Assembly (NCBI GenBank): GCA_951406725.2 | Contig: OX597819.1 | Span: forward strand, 108,686,001 to 108,750,000 | From: Octopus vulgaris | Lineage: Eukaryota | Length of the DNA stretch: 64,000 bases | Direction of reading: 5' to 3' | Part shown: positions 23,722 through 38,100 of the stretch, one piece after another | How the letters are laid out: every line of letters starts with the position of its first letter | Numbering within the stretch: position 1 is the stretch's first letter | Notes under the pieces: generated by a model | What the model was told of the DNA's origin: nothing | Database searches by the model: none | Seen by the model: only the letters and a program-made list of their open reading frames with translations | Program-made: the position numbers and the translations under genes

Positions 23722-26700
23722 GGTGGTGAGCTAGCAGGATTGTTAGCTTGCCGTCTTTTACATTATGAGTTCAAATTCCACCAAGGTTTACTTTGCCTTT
23801 CATCCTTTCCGGGTCGATAAATTAAGTACCGGTGAAACACTGGGATTGATGTAATCGACTAACACCTAACCCCAAATTTCAGGCCTTGTACCTATAGTAG
23901 AAAGGATTATTATTATTATTATCAAGGCGGTGAGGTGGTAGAATCGTTAGCACACCGGGCAAAATGCTTAGCAGTATTTCGTCTGTCTTTACATTCTGAG
24001 TTCAAATTCCACCGAAGTCAACTTTGCTTTTCATCCTTTTGGGGGTCAATAAATCAAATACCAGTTGCGTACTGGGGTCGATGTAATCGACTATCCCCCT
24101 CCTCCAAATTTCAGACCTTGTGCCTATAATAGAAAAGATTATTATTATTAGGGTGGTGAGCTAGTTGAATTGTAAGCATGCTGGGCAAAATGCTTAGTGG
24201 TATTTCATCTGTCACTACGTTCTGAGTTCAAATTCCACCAAAGTCAACTTTGCCTTTCATCCCTTTCAAGGCTGATAAAATAAGTACCAGTAGAGCACTG
24301 GGGTTGGTGTAATCAACTTACCCCCGCCCTCGAAATTGCCGGCCTTGTACCAAAATTTGAAACCTTTATTATTATTATTATTTTTTATTATTTTTTCTTT
24401 TTTTTTTCCTCTTTTCCATTGTTGCACCACCACCCAAACCTCCAACCACTGGATCACAAACACCATAACTGCCATCACTACCACTGCTTTATCATTGCCA
24501 TCACCAACACTACCGCCATTGCTAATGCTGCCACTAACACTACCAATGTCACTGACATCACCATCAACTCTACTAACACCATTACCTCCAATACAAACAA
24601 CAACACTATCACCACCAACATCCCTACCACCAACACCACTACCAACACTACCACTGTTGCCACTACTTCCATTACCATCACTACTACACTGACACCACAA
24701 TTCCCACTATCACCACCAACAACACTGCCATCACCTACACCCATACCACCAACAACACACATACCAACACTCCTACCACTGTTGCCACTTCTATTCTCTC
24801 TCCCATCACCAACACTACCAGGTACACCTCAAACATATACGAGATGAAGCAGAAAAAAGAAAGAAAAAGATGATGTTTTACCCAAAGTTGAGCAGTGCGG
24901 CATTCCAGATGTTTGAGCAACTATTAGTATCTCTCACCTACTTCTACATGAATGACCTGAAGAATGTAGAAGATTTTCGGTAAATACTGGTCAGTTTTTG
25001 TTGTCTTTGCCACTTGTTGTTGTTGTTTACTTCCCAGTCAGACCTGCAGACTTTCAATTAAAGGCTTTCCAGCCTGGACTGTCCTGTCTTTATGAGTATC
25101 AAGGACTACATATTTCAACATATCCTTTCTTTCTGTGACAGTAATGTGCATGATGTGAGGGAGAATTCTCTGCTATTTCAAACAGATTCTGTGGCCTTGT
25201 AAAGCATCCTTGTTAGTTTGATTGTTGTTATTTTATTGTGTTTTTTTCAGTCGGTCTTGATGTAGCAGCCCCAGGGCACATAGATAACTCTTGGATCACT
25301 AAAACTAATGCTCTATACATCCAAGCATTTGCTTTATTGGGCACTATATACACACTCTGACATGCTGTGGTCTATTATGGGATGTGCAGAGTGACAGTCT
25401 GGACACAGCACTTCCTAGATCCACACCTTTATCTTGTTGGGTACCACACTATACAGTCTGTAGTTCATTGTGGAGTATGGCAGTCTGAACACTTTTCATA
25501 CATCCATGCCTATCTTTGGATGCTCTTCCAGTTACCAACCATATTTTGTCATGGACTGAGTGTTTTTTTATCATGTTCCATGTATGAGAGATTTTTGTGT
25601 TAAGACAAAATGTTTCTTCTACTCTGAGTTTTTTTTTAATGAGTTTTCACTAATATAGATTACCTTCTCTGTGCCGTGCTGGGTTCACTTCTCCTCCATA
25701 CTATATTGCTACCCTATTAGGTTTGTTCAGAGTGCCCATCTTCCTAGACAAGTTATTTTCACTAAAGTAGATAGATGGGGTTTAGATGTGGAACTCTGTA
25801 GTGGGGTGGGGTTATGACAGTGCTCTAAGATTATTGGGTATATATGTATTAGATGTAATAAAATGTTTATATATATGTATATCAGGATCATCATCATCAT
25901 TTAATTATTTAACATCCATTTTCCATGCTGGCATGAGTTGGATGGTTTGACTGAGGACAGGCAAGTTAGTAGGCTGCACCAGGCTCCAATCTGATCTGGC
26001 AAGGTTTCTACTGCTGGATGCCCTTCCTAATGCCAACCACTTGGAGAGTGTAGTGGGTGCTTTTTACATGCCACCGGCATGGGAGCCAGTCAGGGGGCAC
26101 TGACATCAACCACATTCAAATGTTGCTTTTTATGTTCCACCAGCATGGAGAGCCAGTCATGTGGCACTGGCATCAACCCATGCTCAAATGGTGCTTATTA
26201 CGTGCACCCAGCATGGGTACCAGTCAGGCGGCACTGGCATTAGCCACGACTACAGTTTCACTTGACTGAACAGGTCTTCTCAAGCACAGCATATCGCCTG
26301 ACGATTCAAAGGTACTTTTAAATGGGCTGGTTTTGCAACACTAGCATGAGCCCTGGCTGTGATCTCACTTCACTTGCCAAGTTTTCTCAATCACAGCATA
26401 TCTCCAAAGGTTTCAGTCTCTTGTCATTGTCTTTGTGAGGCCCAACATTCAAAGATCGTGCTTCACCACCTCATCTCGTGTCTTCCTGGGTTTACTTCTA
26501 CAGGATCCTTCCACTGTTAGGGTGTGACACTTCTTCACACAGCTGTCCTAATCCATACACATCACATGACCATACCGGCACAGTTGTCTCTCTTGCACAC
26601 CACATCTGATGCTGCTTATGTCCAACTTTTCTCTCAGGGCACTTACACTATCGTGTATGCACACTGACATTACATATCCAGTGGATCACACTAGCTTCAT

Positions 26701-28820
26701 TTCTTTCAAGCCTATGCATGTCCTCAGCAGTCATTGCTCATGTTTCACTGCTGTGTAACATATATCATATATGTACATATTGTGTGCATATAGGTATGTA
26801 TATAGATATGTATATTTTTTGTGAGTTTCAAGGTGACCTCACTAGTGCAGGTGCCTTGTATACTCTATAAAGTGACTGATATTAGAAAGGCATCTCAACC
26901 ATAGAAGCTATACCAAAAAATGAGACATTGGAACAAGATGTAATCCTTTAAGCTATTGGATTTTGTTGAATCATCCAACACATACCAGCTTGCTAGGTAG
27001 ACATATGATGATGGTGATGATGATGTATGTACATGTATATCATCATCATCATCATTTTTATGTCTGTTTTTCCATGTTGTGTGGGCAGGATGGGTCTTCT
27101 CTAGTACAATGTCTTGCCTCTTGTTGTGATCCATTTTCAACTCCTTTATGTGATTCAGCCTTCTCTTATCTCCTTTCATTTCTACTCATGTCTTTCTCTT
27201 CCACTTGGATCACTTGGCATTTCTGTGCCCAACTGTTATCCTTCATATGCATCACCTTTCCTTACCAACACATTCTCCTGTTTTTCACACTACATCTGAT
27301 TTCTCTTGTACTCAGTTTATTTTTCTCTCTCTCAGATTATTTGTCTTCTCATTGTTCATGCACACTAACATTACATATCCAGGTGAGCGAGCTTGCCTCC
27401 TTTCTTCCCATCCTTTGCACATCTTCTATTTGCAGTGCCCATCTTTTTCTACCATGCAATCCTAGGCTTTGCACTTAAGCTTCATATCATCTGCCCTTCA
27501 CTTGAAGAGAGAATATATTTTACTTAGTGGTTGATAATTCTCTGAACTTTTTCACTCTATTCTTACTCTGGCTTACTTTCCAAACATCCACCTCCACATT
27601 GCACTAATGCTTTGTTGTGATTCCTAGGTAAAAGAAGCTGTCAACTACTTTTAGGCATGTGAAAGAAGTATATCCACAGGTGCTCTTACTACTAACTTCT
27701 TCTTCTGTACATCTGCCATATATGAAGTCATTCTTTTATATCAGATGCATATGATGCTACTGCATCTCTTATACGCTAATAATTTACAATGGATCCACAA
27801 AATGGAATTCCCACCCACACTATATATTTTCATATATCAAACACAGCTGTTTCCCTGACTGCAAAAGTGGCACAACTACAATTGGATGTTGCATCATGAC
27901 TGTGCTCACTCACACCTCCCTCAAGACTAGTTTTTGACAAAGAATCAAAAAATAGTAGTCATTCCATACCTTCTGCACTCATTTGACCTACTCCTCTGTG
28001 ACTATGTTGTGTTTCCAAAAATGAAATTGAAGTTGGAAGGTGCTGCTCAAGATGATTGATGATGGTAGATAAAATTCAAATGGAATTGTAGAGCAGTATT
28101 TGAGTCTTTAGGAAAGGTTTTCCCACTGAGATCACTTTTTACATTTTCAGTGGGACTATTTTGAAAGAGATGATGCCCAAATATATATAATATATGAAAT
28201 ACATTATTTACTGGTGTACATTTTTTTACCTGGTATGGGAACATTATATTATCAGCTCATATTCTTGTGTGTGTATGTGTGTTCAGGGCTGTGTTAATGT
28301 TTGCATAATACCTGTGTTGTATCAAAATGCGTTGGTATTACAACAAATAGAGTTTGTTAACCTAAGTGTACAAAACTGAAAATAAGTAAATTAGAACTGT
28401 AGAAGTCTGTGCCCCAGCTCAGTCGCCATAGTTCAATGACTTAAACCAGTAAAAGAACAGCGTGATCGTTGCCAGAGCACCTAACTGGCGTCCGTGTCGG
28501 TGACACGTAAAAAGCACTATTTGAGCATGATTGTTACCAGCATTGCCTTACTGGCATTTGTGCCGGTGTGCAGGTGGCATGTAAAAAAAACACCATTTGG
28601 GAGTGGCCGTTGCCAGTACCGCCTGACTGGCCCTCGTGCTGGTGGCACGTAAAAGCACCCACTACACTCTCGGATTGGTTGGCATTAGGAAGTGCATCCA
28701 GCTGTACAAACTCTGCCAGATCAAGATTGGAGCCTGGTGCAGCCATCTTGTTTGTCAGTCCTCAGTCAAATCGTCCAACCCACACTAGCATGGAAAGCAG
28801 ATGTTAAACGATGGTGATGA

Positions 28821-28870
<50 letters not shown>

Positions 28871-29414
28871 CGATGTCTGTCACTCCCAAATGGGATTGAG
28901 AGTAAAGTTACCTCACCTGTCCATGACTCTAAGGTGTTTTAACACCGGTGACATGAGAGTTTTATACTACCCTACCTCATTGCAGCCACGAGAAAATTCA
29001 CAAAGCATATACATAAAAAGCATCCGATCCACATAGTGATGGCATTTGGAAGGGCATCCAGCAGTAAAATTCATGCCAAAAGTAACCTTGCCTGTGCTAG
29101 TACCGTGTAAAAAAAGCTCTGAATCCACTCTGCAGAGTGGTTGGTGTTAAGAAGAGCATCCAGCTATAAAGATGCTGCCAGAGCAGACACAGTAGCCTGA
29201 GGTAGTTTTCTAACTGGCTCATGTCAACTGGCCTACCCATGAATGCATGGAAGACAAGCATTAAACGATGATAATGATACACACACATATATATATATAG
29301 ATTTGAATATAGATTCAAATGAATATGGTACTTAAGTTGAGGCACCAGAATTTAGTATGGTGTTAGCCATACAATTTAAAATAAGGTGATTATATCCTTG
29401 TTGCTTATTTTAAT

Positions 29415-29446
<32 letters not shown>

Positions 29447-31530
29447 TATGCATTACTAAACCCATATATCTTAACCACATTAACAATATGCAAATTGTGT
29501 GTCCATGTATAATGTTTTAACTTCTGCTCTTTAAATATTCTACACTTTTTTTTTTATCTTAGTTTGGTTCTTCTCAGAAATGTCACATTTGGACCAAAGA
29601 AAGGCACAGTAAGTACAATTCTTTTTAATACTGATTTCACATTTAGGCATTAGGCCAGCAGTTTTGTGGGAGGGCATAAGTTGATTACATTGACCCCAAT
29701 GCTCAATTGGTAGTTATTTTATCAATCCCAAAAGGATGAAAGACAAAGTCAACCTCGGCAACATTTGAACTCAATGTAAAGATGGACAAAAATTCATTTT
29801 AATATTAGTAATATTAGTTGCATTTAGATGCAGGCATGGCTTGTGATCAAAGAATCTGCTTTGAACCATATAATTCCAGGTTCAGACTCATGGTATGTCA
29901 CCTTTAACAAATGTCTTCTGTTACAACTTTAGGCTGACCAGTACTTTGTAAGTGGAATTTAGTAAATGAAAATTAGGCAAACGCCAGTCGTGTGTGTGTG
30001 TGTGTAGAAACCATACCAAATCAGACTGGAACTTGGTGCAGCTCTCCGGCTTACCAATTCCAGTCAAACCATCTAACCCATGCCAGCATGGAAAGCAGAC
30101 ACTAACTGATGATGAGAAACGCTGTTATAGATTATGCTTAACCAAAAACGATCGCAGCCACATCATCCAAACAGACTGGGTGAAACCAGGCTTAGCTGCT
30201 AGTATACATATATATATGTATATATGGATCTCAGACAAGCTGACAGAGAACAAAGATTTCATGTGTAACACTGGCACTTGTGCTGGTGGCACATGAAAAA
30301 ACATTCAAGCGAGGTTGTTGCCAGTGCCGCTGGACTGGATCCTGTGCAGGTGGTACATAAAAAGCACCATTTGAGCGTGGCCGTTGCCAGTACCGCCTGA
30401 CTGGCCCTTGTGCCGATGGCACGTAAAAGCACCCACTACACTCTCGGAGTGGTTGGTGTTAGGAAAGGCATCCAGCTGTAGAAACTCTGCCAGATCAGAT
30501 TGGAGTCTGGTGCAGCCATCTGACTTGCCAGCCCTCAGTCAAATCATCCAACCCATGCTAGCATGGAAAGCGGACATTAAACGATGATGATGATGGATAC
30601 AATTAGAAAGAGCTTGCAAAAGAGGAAAATAGAAGATATGGGCAGAAGTGGAGAGGGCTTTATCAGGATGTAAGAACCTCACAAAAATATTAGAGAAGGA
30701 AAGAGAGAGTATGTGTGTACATGTATGTTTTGGACTTATATAGGCATGGCTGTCATTGAGAAGTTCACTTACCATCTACTGTGAAGTATTTTGGGCAAAT
30801 GTCTTCTATAACAGTGAGTCCACCAAAGGCTTGTGATTGGATTTAGTAGATGGAAACAGGAACTCTGTGTGTTTGTTTGCGTATTTATGTCTCCTTGTTT
30901 TGTCAACATGCCTTGTGGAAAAGCAATCTTAAAAAGTAATGGTGATGGTGGTGATGGTGATAAAGATGATGACAGTGATGACATATTTATGCAATATGGA
31001 GACGAGATGAAGAATGACTACAACAAATAGCAAAATGCTGTTGTTGAAACCAGTTCAGTCCATGCTGCTATGAAACAAAGAACACGGAACTGCTGCTGCT
31101 GATGTGTGTGTCTTATCATCATTGTCATCACTGTTTTACATCTAATTCTCTTTGTTTGTATGTGTTGGACAGGTTTTCTTCAGCACAGTTTCTGTCCTCT
31201 TCATCATTTTACCCATTCACATATATTACTTAAATACCAAGTTTCATACAGACAGAATGACTCTTACTTTACTCACTGCGCAGTGTTTTTTGATTGTTGT
31301 TGTAATTATGTTTTATTTTTCTCATATTTTCCAGAGATCAAAATCACGTGTAGAAAACTTTGGTAAGTTTTAATTAGGTTCTGGTCAATTCTCTCACTTT
31401 TTATTTTACAAGGTTTGGGTAATTAAACACTCTATCTTTTATGGATTTCCTGTGTTAAGAATAATAAATATTGGAGGGAGATGAAAATTCATCCCTGCAG
31501 TGACCAACGAGTATATACATACACACACAC

Positions 31531-31567
<37 letters not shown>

Positions 31568-32116
31568 CACACATGTATATGTGTATATATATATCATTAC
31601 AGATATAGGGTAAAAAATTATTAATTTGATAAATTAATAAATTTTACGAAGTAGTTTTTGGTATGGAGAAGAACCATATTCGGTAAAAACTTATACAAAA
31701 AGTTTTTTATATATGTATATGTATATATATCTATATATATAAAAGTGAGGTTGTGTGGTGTCTGTCTCCTACGATTTAGATTCCTAACTACTCCCACATT
31801 TTGCGGTGCAGTGTAACCAAAAGCAGGTATCTTATAGTCGTGATTCATATCAAGCCCTTCTGGGTATTAGTGCGCGTCTACGATTTAAAAAAAAATTTAC
31901 CATCATTTTTTTCCCATTTTTAATGCATTTTTTTTGCTATTATATAAGGGAAGTAACTCTCTAAAAATGTATTATTAAATCTCAGAACGTAAAAAGCTAC
32001 AGTAACACTCCCTTTGTGGTTAGCCATATTGAGATGGCTATTATACTTTACATCTCTAAAAATGCTTATATAGTTATTTCCCTTACAAACCCGAGCAACG
32101 CCGGGCGATACTGCTA

Positions 32117-32161
<45 letters not shown>

Positions 32162-35100
32162 ACACTGTATTTTATGAGTAATACATAGTCTTTGGACTAA
32201 ATTTTTACACGTTAGGCCACTGGAAGTGAAAATTTCTATTAATTTCTATTTCCCTTCGATATGATTAAGTATATATATATATACACACACACATATAGCC
32301 ATGTTGTACACATATAACTGGATATGTATATATGTTTCTATATTTTATATCTATGGAAAAGCATAATCCTTATGCATTTATCTAGATGTATAGGTAATTA
32401 CATACAGTTACATGTATACATTTATCTACACTCAAATAATATCTATAAATATATATATATTATTTGTGTGTAGACAAATGTGTTTATAAATAGCCACAAT
32501 CCAGACCTTCCCAAAAATGCCACTTTTAAAACTTCTTAATAGAAAACTCATACAACACCAAATTCAGTCTCAGTCTAACCTATGCTGTGTGGCTAACTGT
32601 ATTAGCTACAAACATTATTTTGAAAACCTAAAATATGATAAAAACTAACCTTCTGTACAAAGACTGTTGTGACCTGAATATGACACATTTGCTTACATGT
32701 TTACATCCACACTTGAATGAACCACAAACAACAAAATTCCACCATCAAACCAAAATAAATCTCTTCACCATACATTTCTATCAGCCCCACCCTGCAAACA
32801 CATACTTTCCTCTTAGCCTCCTCTAGTCTCTGTTTTCCAAACAACTACTTCCTCAGTCTACCTTCACCATACCTAATTATCATTACATCACTTCATCTAC
32901 CAAAAAGTAAAACTGCCAAAGACTATAAAGCCAGAAAGAAACAAAATAAATCAATCTAATGAATGTGAGAAAGCCAAAACTTTGAAGTCACTCAGCTTTT
33001 TTCCAAATGAAGTTAATATGTATATACTCTACTAAAAAGTTCTGAGTAATCCATCAGTTTAATGTGAAATTGCTTTTATATAAAACTTGACATAAAAACA
33101 AACAGTAATATATATTTGTGGCAGGAGATGATTTCAGTGATGATAGTTATTATGATGACTATGAGAATTGTGAAATATTTTTTTCTATATCTGTTAAAGG
33201 TCCCAAGGAAGAACTGACTCTGTGCCTATGGTGTTTGAACCCTGGTGTGGTAAGTACTTTGGCTTATTATCCTCTGTAATGTATTTTTCATAAATTACGT
33301 AAATTGTGTGTGTTTGTACAGATTGCAGGTGTAGCTATTTGGTTAAGAAGTTAGCCTCACAACCATGTGATTTCAGATTGGATTTCACTACATGACAACT
33401 TGGGCAAGTGTCTTTGCTGTAGACTTAGATTGGTCATTGCTTTGTGAGTAGAATTTGGTGAACAGAAATTGAGCAGAAACCTGTTAAAATATATATGTAT
33501 GTCCTTGCCAAAATCTGTGTTTATGCTGTCTCCCTATCTTCCATAATTTAGTACATGTATATGTGTATATGTGAGTGCATGTATTATATTTGTTTTTTAT
33601 GCCCATCTTTCCATTCTAGGATGAGTTAGACAAATGTATTAGTGAAACATTGTTTTACAGCCAGAGACCCATCCTGTTGCTAACTCTTGTTTTTCAAGGA
33701 AGAGATTTCTTATTTCACAGAACTGCAAAGATACAAACAAGCAGACAATTTGTTGATAGGAGAACTGACAACAACAACACCACTTGTAGCTCACTAATTT
33801 CATTGAACATTAATATAAACGAACACATTTATGTACACACATGTAAGTATATAAATATGTGATAAGTTCCCTTTAGTTTAGTGAAGGCGCATGGCTCAGT
33901 GGTTAGAGCATCAAGCTTACGATCGTGAGGTTGTGAGTTCGAATTCCGGACCAGGCTGCGTGCTGTGTTCTTGAGCAAGACACTTTATTTCAGGTTGCTC
34001 CAGTTCACTCAGCTGTAGAAATTAGTTGCGACGTCACTGGTGCCAAGCTGTATCGGCCTTTTCCTTTCCCTTGGATAACATTGGTGACATGGAGAGGGGA
34101 GGCCTGTATGCATGGGCAACTGTTGGTCTTCCATAAACAAACTTGCCCAGACTTGTGCCTGGGAGGGTAACTTTCTAAGTGCAATCCCATGGTCAGTCAT
34201 GACCGAAGGGGGTCTCAGCAGTCCCTTTAGTTTCCATCTACCAAATTCAGTTACAAAGCTTGGTTGGTCTGGGATTAGTAGAAGACACTTATCAAAGGAT
34301 ATGCTCGTAAATATTTGTGTGTGTGTGTGTGCATGTGTTTCTGTCTTTTTTTTTTTTTTTTGACTTTGCACTCTTATTGTGATGTAAACAAAGCATCATT
34401 GTCATGTAAGCGATATTGTGTGATTGCAATCTGATGCACTGAACTAGGGGAAAGTATCACCTTGCCTGAAAACAGATGCTGGTTGGCCACAAGAAGAGCA
34501 TTTGGCCAAGGAAAATCAACTTCAACAAATCCCATTTGAACCATGCAAGCTAAGAAAAGTAGATATTAAAATGATGGTGATGATGATGATGATGCTGATG
34601 ATGTTTGTGTCTAAATGCTAGCATTGTCATACAGTTTAGTTTACTTAGCAACTACATGTAAAGCCATTTTATTACTGATACTGTTTTATCAACTCTGTTA
34701 GCAACAAACCTATTTTGTACTTAGCTTGTTGGTGATTTGCATTTTTCTTTCTTTTGTGCGTGCTTTTTTTTTTTTAAATCTTGTAATCTAGAAATTTCTG
34801 TATTCCACAGACATTCAGTGATTTTTCTGGCACCCGAAGTGTGATCATCACTAGTGGTACCCTTTCACCCATGGTATCATTTCAGTCAGAACTGGAATTT
34901 CCATTCTCAGTTCGAATGGAAGCAAGGCATGTTATACCACCTTCTCAGGTAAATAATCTTAATAAAAACAGATTGATTGTTTAGCACTTTTTTCTCTTGA
35001 CTAGATTATCTCATAGTAGGAGTATAGCTTCACTATTTAAGTGTATAACTCAAGTGCTGAATTTCATTCACTCTCTTGTAACATAATGGGTATTGTTTTA

Positions 35101-38100
35101 GGTGTTAAATCTTGCCTGTTAAGGTATTTCAAGTGTTAGACCTCATACCCTATCTTGTATTAAATTAGAGTTAGGCTTAGTTATAGGAATTCACTTGCCT
35201 TCTTTAGTAAATTATTTTGTAACACATTAAAAGCTTCACCTGTGTATAGACCTCTGCCTCTCAGGTTAATTGTTTTTTCTATGAAGGTAAGGTTCTAACT
35301 CAGGAAGAAGATCTCACCCCTTTGGTAACATTTCTAAAATATTTCCAAACATCTACATGTTAATTCATAGTAATTCCAACTTTCTGAGAACTGCTCATTT
35401 CAGAAGTGAAATTTTTTCTCAAAATACTTGTTGATTCCTTTGACACACTGCACTCCACAAAATGTGTTCTGACTATCATACTGAACTCTACAGATCTTTA
35501 ACTTTCCTGGTTACTAAACTACACATTATCATAACACTACCTCACAAAACATGTCCTGTCATACTTCCACACTGTACCCCACAAAACATGCCCTAGTCAT
35601 TGTATTTCACATACCTTACTGTCACATTGAATCCCACAAAACGTGTCCTGATTACAATATTTCACTTAATACATTTCGGTGTCACACTTCTCTCTATACA
35701 GATCTTTGATTGCCACATTGCACATCACATGCAACTTATTCTGACTTGAATCAATGAGGGGCCTATATGTAGACAACCTACCTGCTAGAAATAGCTGTCT
35801 CTCTCAAATCACGCCCTATAGTCTTAAAACAGGAAACATTAGGCAATGTAGTCTGAGGTATAATATATCTAGCATACAAAAAAGGACAGCCATGGAGGTT
35901 ATGTCTTTAATTTCCAATAATATGAATAATCAGATGACCTAATGAGGGAGCCTCTGTATTGTTATTCGATTTGCCAAATCTCATTCTTCTTTAAAAAAAC
36001 AAAAACAGATACTAGAACATCTTTGACTTGCGGTCTGTTTGATCGAGACAGACCTGGTGCTAAACAACAATAGTAACATCATCAGAAAAGACAGCCCCTT
36101 CCTCCATAAATATGATGCTTTTGTTGTTTAACTCAGGTCAAACCTGATTGAGCAGACTCATGATCAAAGACATTGCAACCATGACCGTCATGTCATTTTA
36201 AGAAAGAGTATGTAGCACTGTATTTTCTATGTTCTTTACTTATTTGAGCCAGTTAAGTATTATTTGACTGCTATTTCTAGCGCTTCAAGAGATCAACAAT
36301 ATTGAGATGAAGTGAGAAAGTCCAGCCCTTGTTTCTACCTTTGTTATATAATTGATTTGTTTATTTCAGGTTTTGGTGAGGGCCATTGGATGTGGACCTT
36401 CCGGAAGGTCACTTGTAGCCACCTACAAACATACTGAAACTTTTGCCTTCCAGGATGACCTTGGTGACATTGTTTGTGACGTCTGTATGGTATGTTCCAA
36501 AGACATTTTTTTTTATTGTGGTGAATGGGTGGCAGTGGCATTAGCAGGAATACTGGTACTACTGATGCCTAAAAACCTGATCACTAGGGGAGGCCATCCA
36601 GCTGTGCCAAAGCTGACATTGGAACATGGCTTGTCAGTTTCTGTTGAACTACTAAGACTCATCTAAACACATAAAATGATGAGTGATGATGCTGCTAAGG
36701 AAGGCTGCAGACAAGAGAAATATTGCTACTAATATGGGGGATATAATTCTGCTAAATGCAGAGTTTGAGATTTTGGTCAAGATACTCATGGGCAAATTGA
36801 CTTTCAGAGCATGGATCTGTGTGATTCTAATAGATTTCTTCTCAACAACCTCCAGCCTTGTGATACATTGGGTAATAAACCTGGATTGAGTTGGGTTCTT
36901 GACCTGCAACATTTTAAATAAAATAATAAAAATTATTATTATTAAGGTGGTGAGCTGGCAGAATTGTTAGCAAACTGAACAAAATACTGCCAAGCATTTT
37001 GTCTGGCTTTACCTTCTGCCGTAGTTGACTTTGCTTTTCATCTTTTCATTGTCAATAAACAAGTACCAGTTATGCACTAGGGTCGATGTAATTGACTAGC
37101 ACTCCCAACCAAATTTCAGGCCTTATGCCTATGATAGAAAGGAGTATTATTATTATAATTATTATCATTATTTTCTGAGTTCAACCCACCACTGGTACTG
37201 GAATCAGTATAATTGACTGTCTTCTCCTAATTTGAGGCCTTGTGTGTATTTTAAAAATCAGTATAATAATAAAGAAATAGTGGAAGAACGTGGCTTAGTG
37301 GTTAGAGTGTTACACTCATGATTGTAAGATTGTGGTTTCAATTCTTGGACCATGCAATGCATTATGTTCTTGAGCAAAACATTTCATTTCACATTGCTCC
37401 ATTCCACTTAGCTGGCAAAATGAGTACTCTTGTGACAGGCTGGCATCCCACAGAATTCAGGAAACCAGCCTTATAAACCTATGACCTGGAAAGATCTTTG
37501 ATCTGTTTTTTAATAAAGAAATTATTATTGTTATCATTGCTGCTGCTACTACTACTATCTTTTTTTTCTTTTTTAGAGAACACCTAATGGTGTGTTGTGT
37601 TTCTTGTCTTCCTATAGTCTGCTTGATAAACTTTGCAAAAGATGGCAGGTATGTACTTAAAAAATACGCTCCACATTCATTTGCTGTCTTGCTTCCATAA
37701 ATTATGACATGTGTGACATAGTTTCAATAATATTCCCTCCATGTTAATATGCTGCTTAGTTCCTGGTACTCCTTTCATATACATCTTAATCTATCCACCA
37801 TTACCAAATCCAATCCACACCCTTCGTTCAGCATGTCTCCTAAATAACGTCTTCACTCTATTTCCAAGATACAGCTCAACATTCCCTCATTCTGCAGCTC
37901 TCTTCATACACTTATTATTCTTAAAGGTAGCTACCTAATTACTTACTAACCTACTCACACAATCACATTTTCAATTAGCCCATTCAGCATATATTCTACA
38001 GTTAATTGGATTCTCTCCAACACACTCCCTGTATACTGCACATAGTTACTTCTTGTTTTTCCACCTCACCTCATGCTTTTATCCTTTGCCATGACCTTTG

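Noticed and set aside
24266-24847. Mucin-like / Pro-Thr-rich and Val-Gly-rich ORFs on both strands
   Set aside because: Products of a degenerate ACC trinucleotide tract.
33884-33970. tRNA gene-like sequence (also other A/B-box heads)
   Set aside because: No complete cloverleaf or acceptor stem, and it continues into a SINE body.
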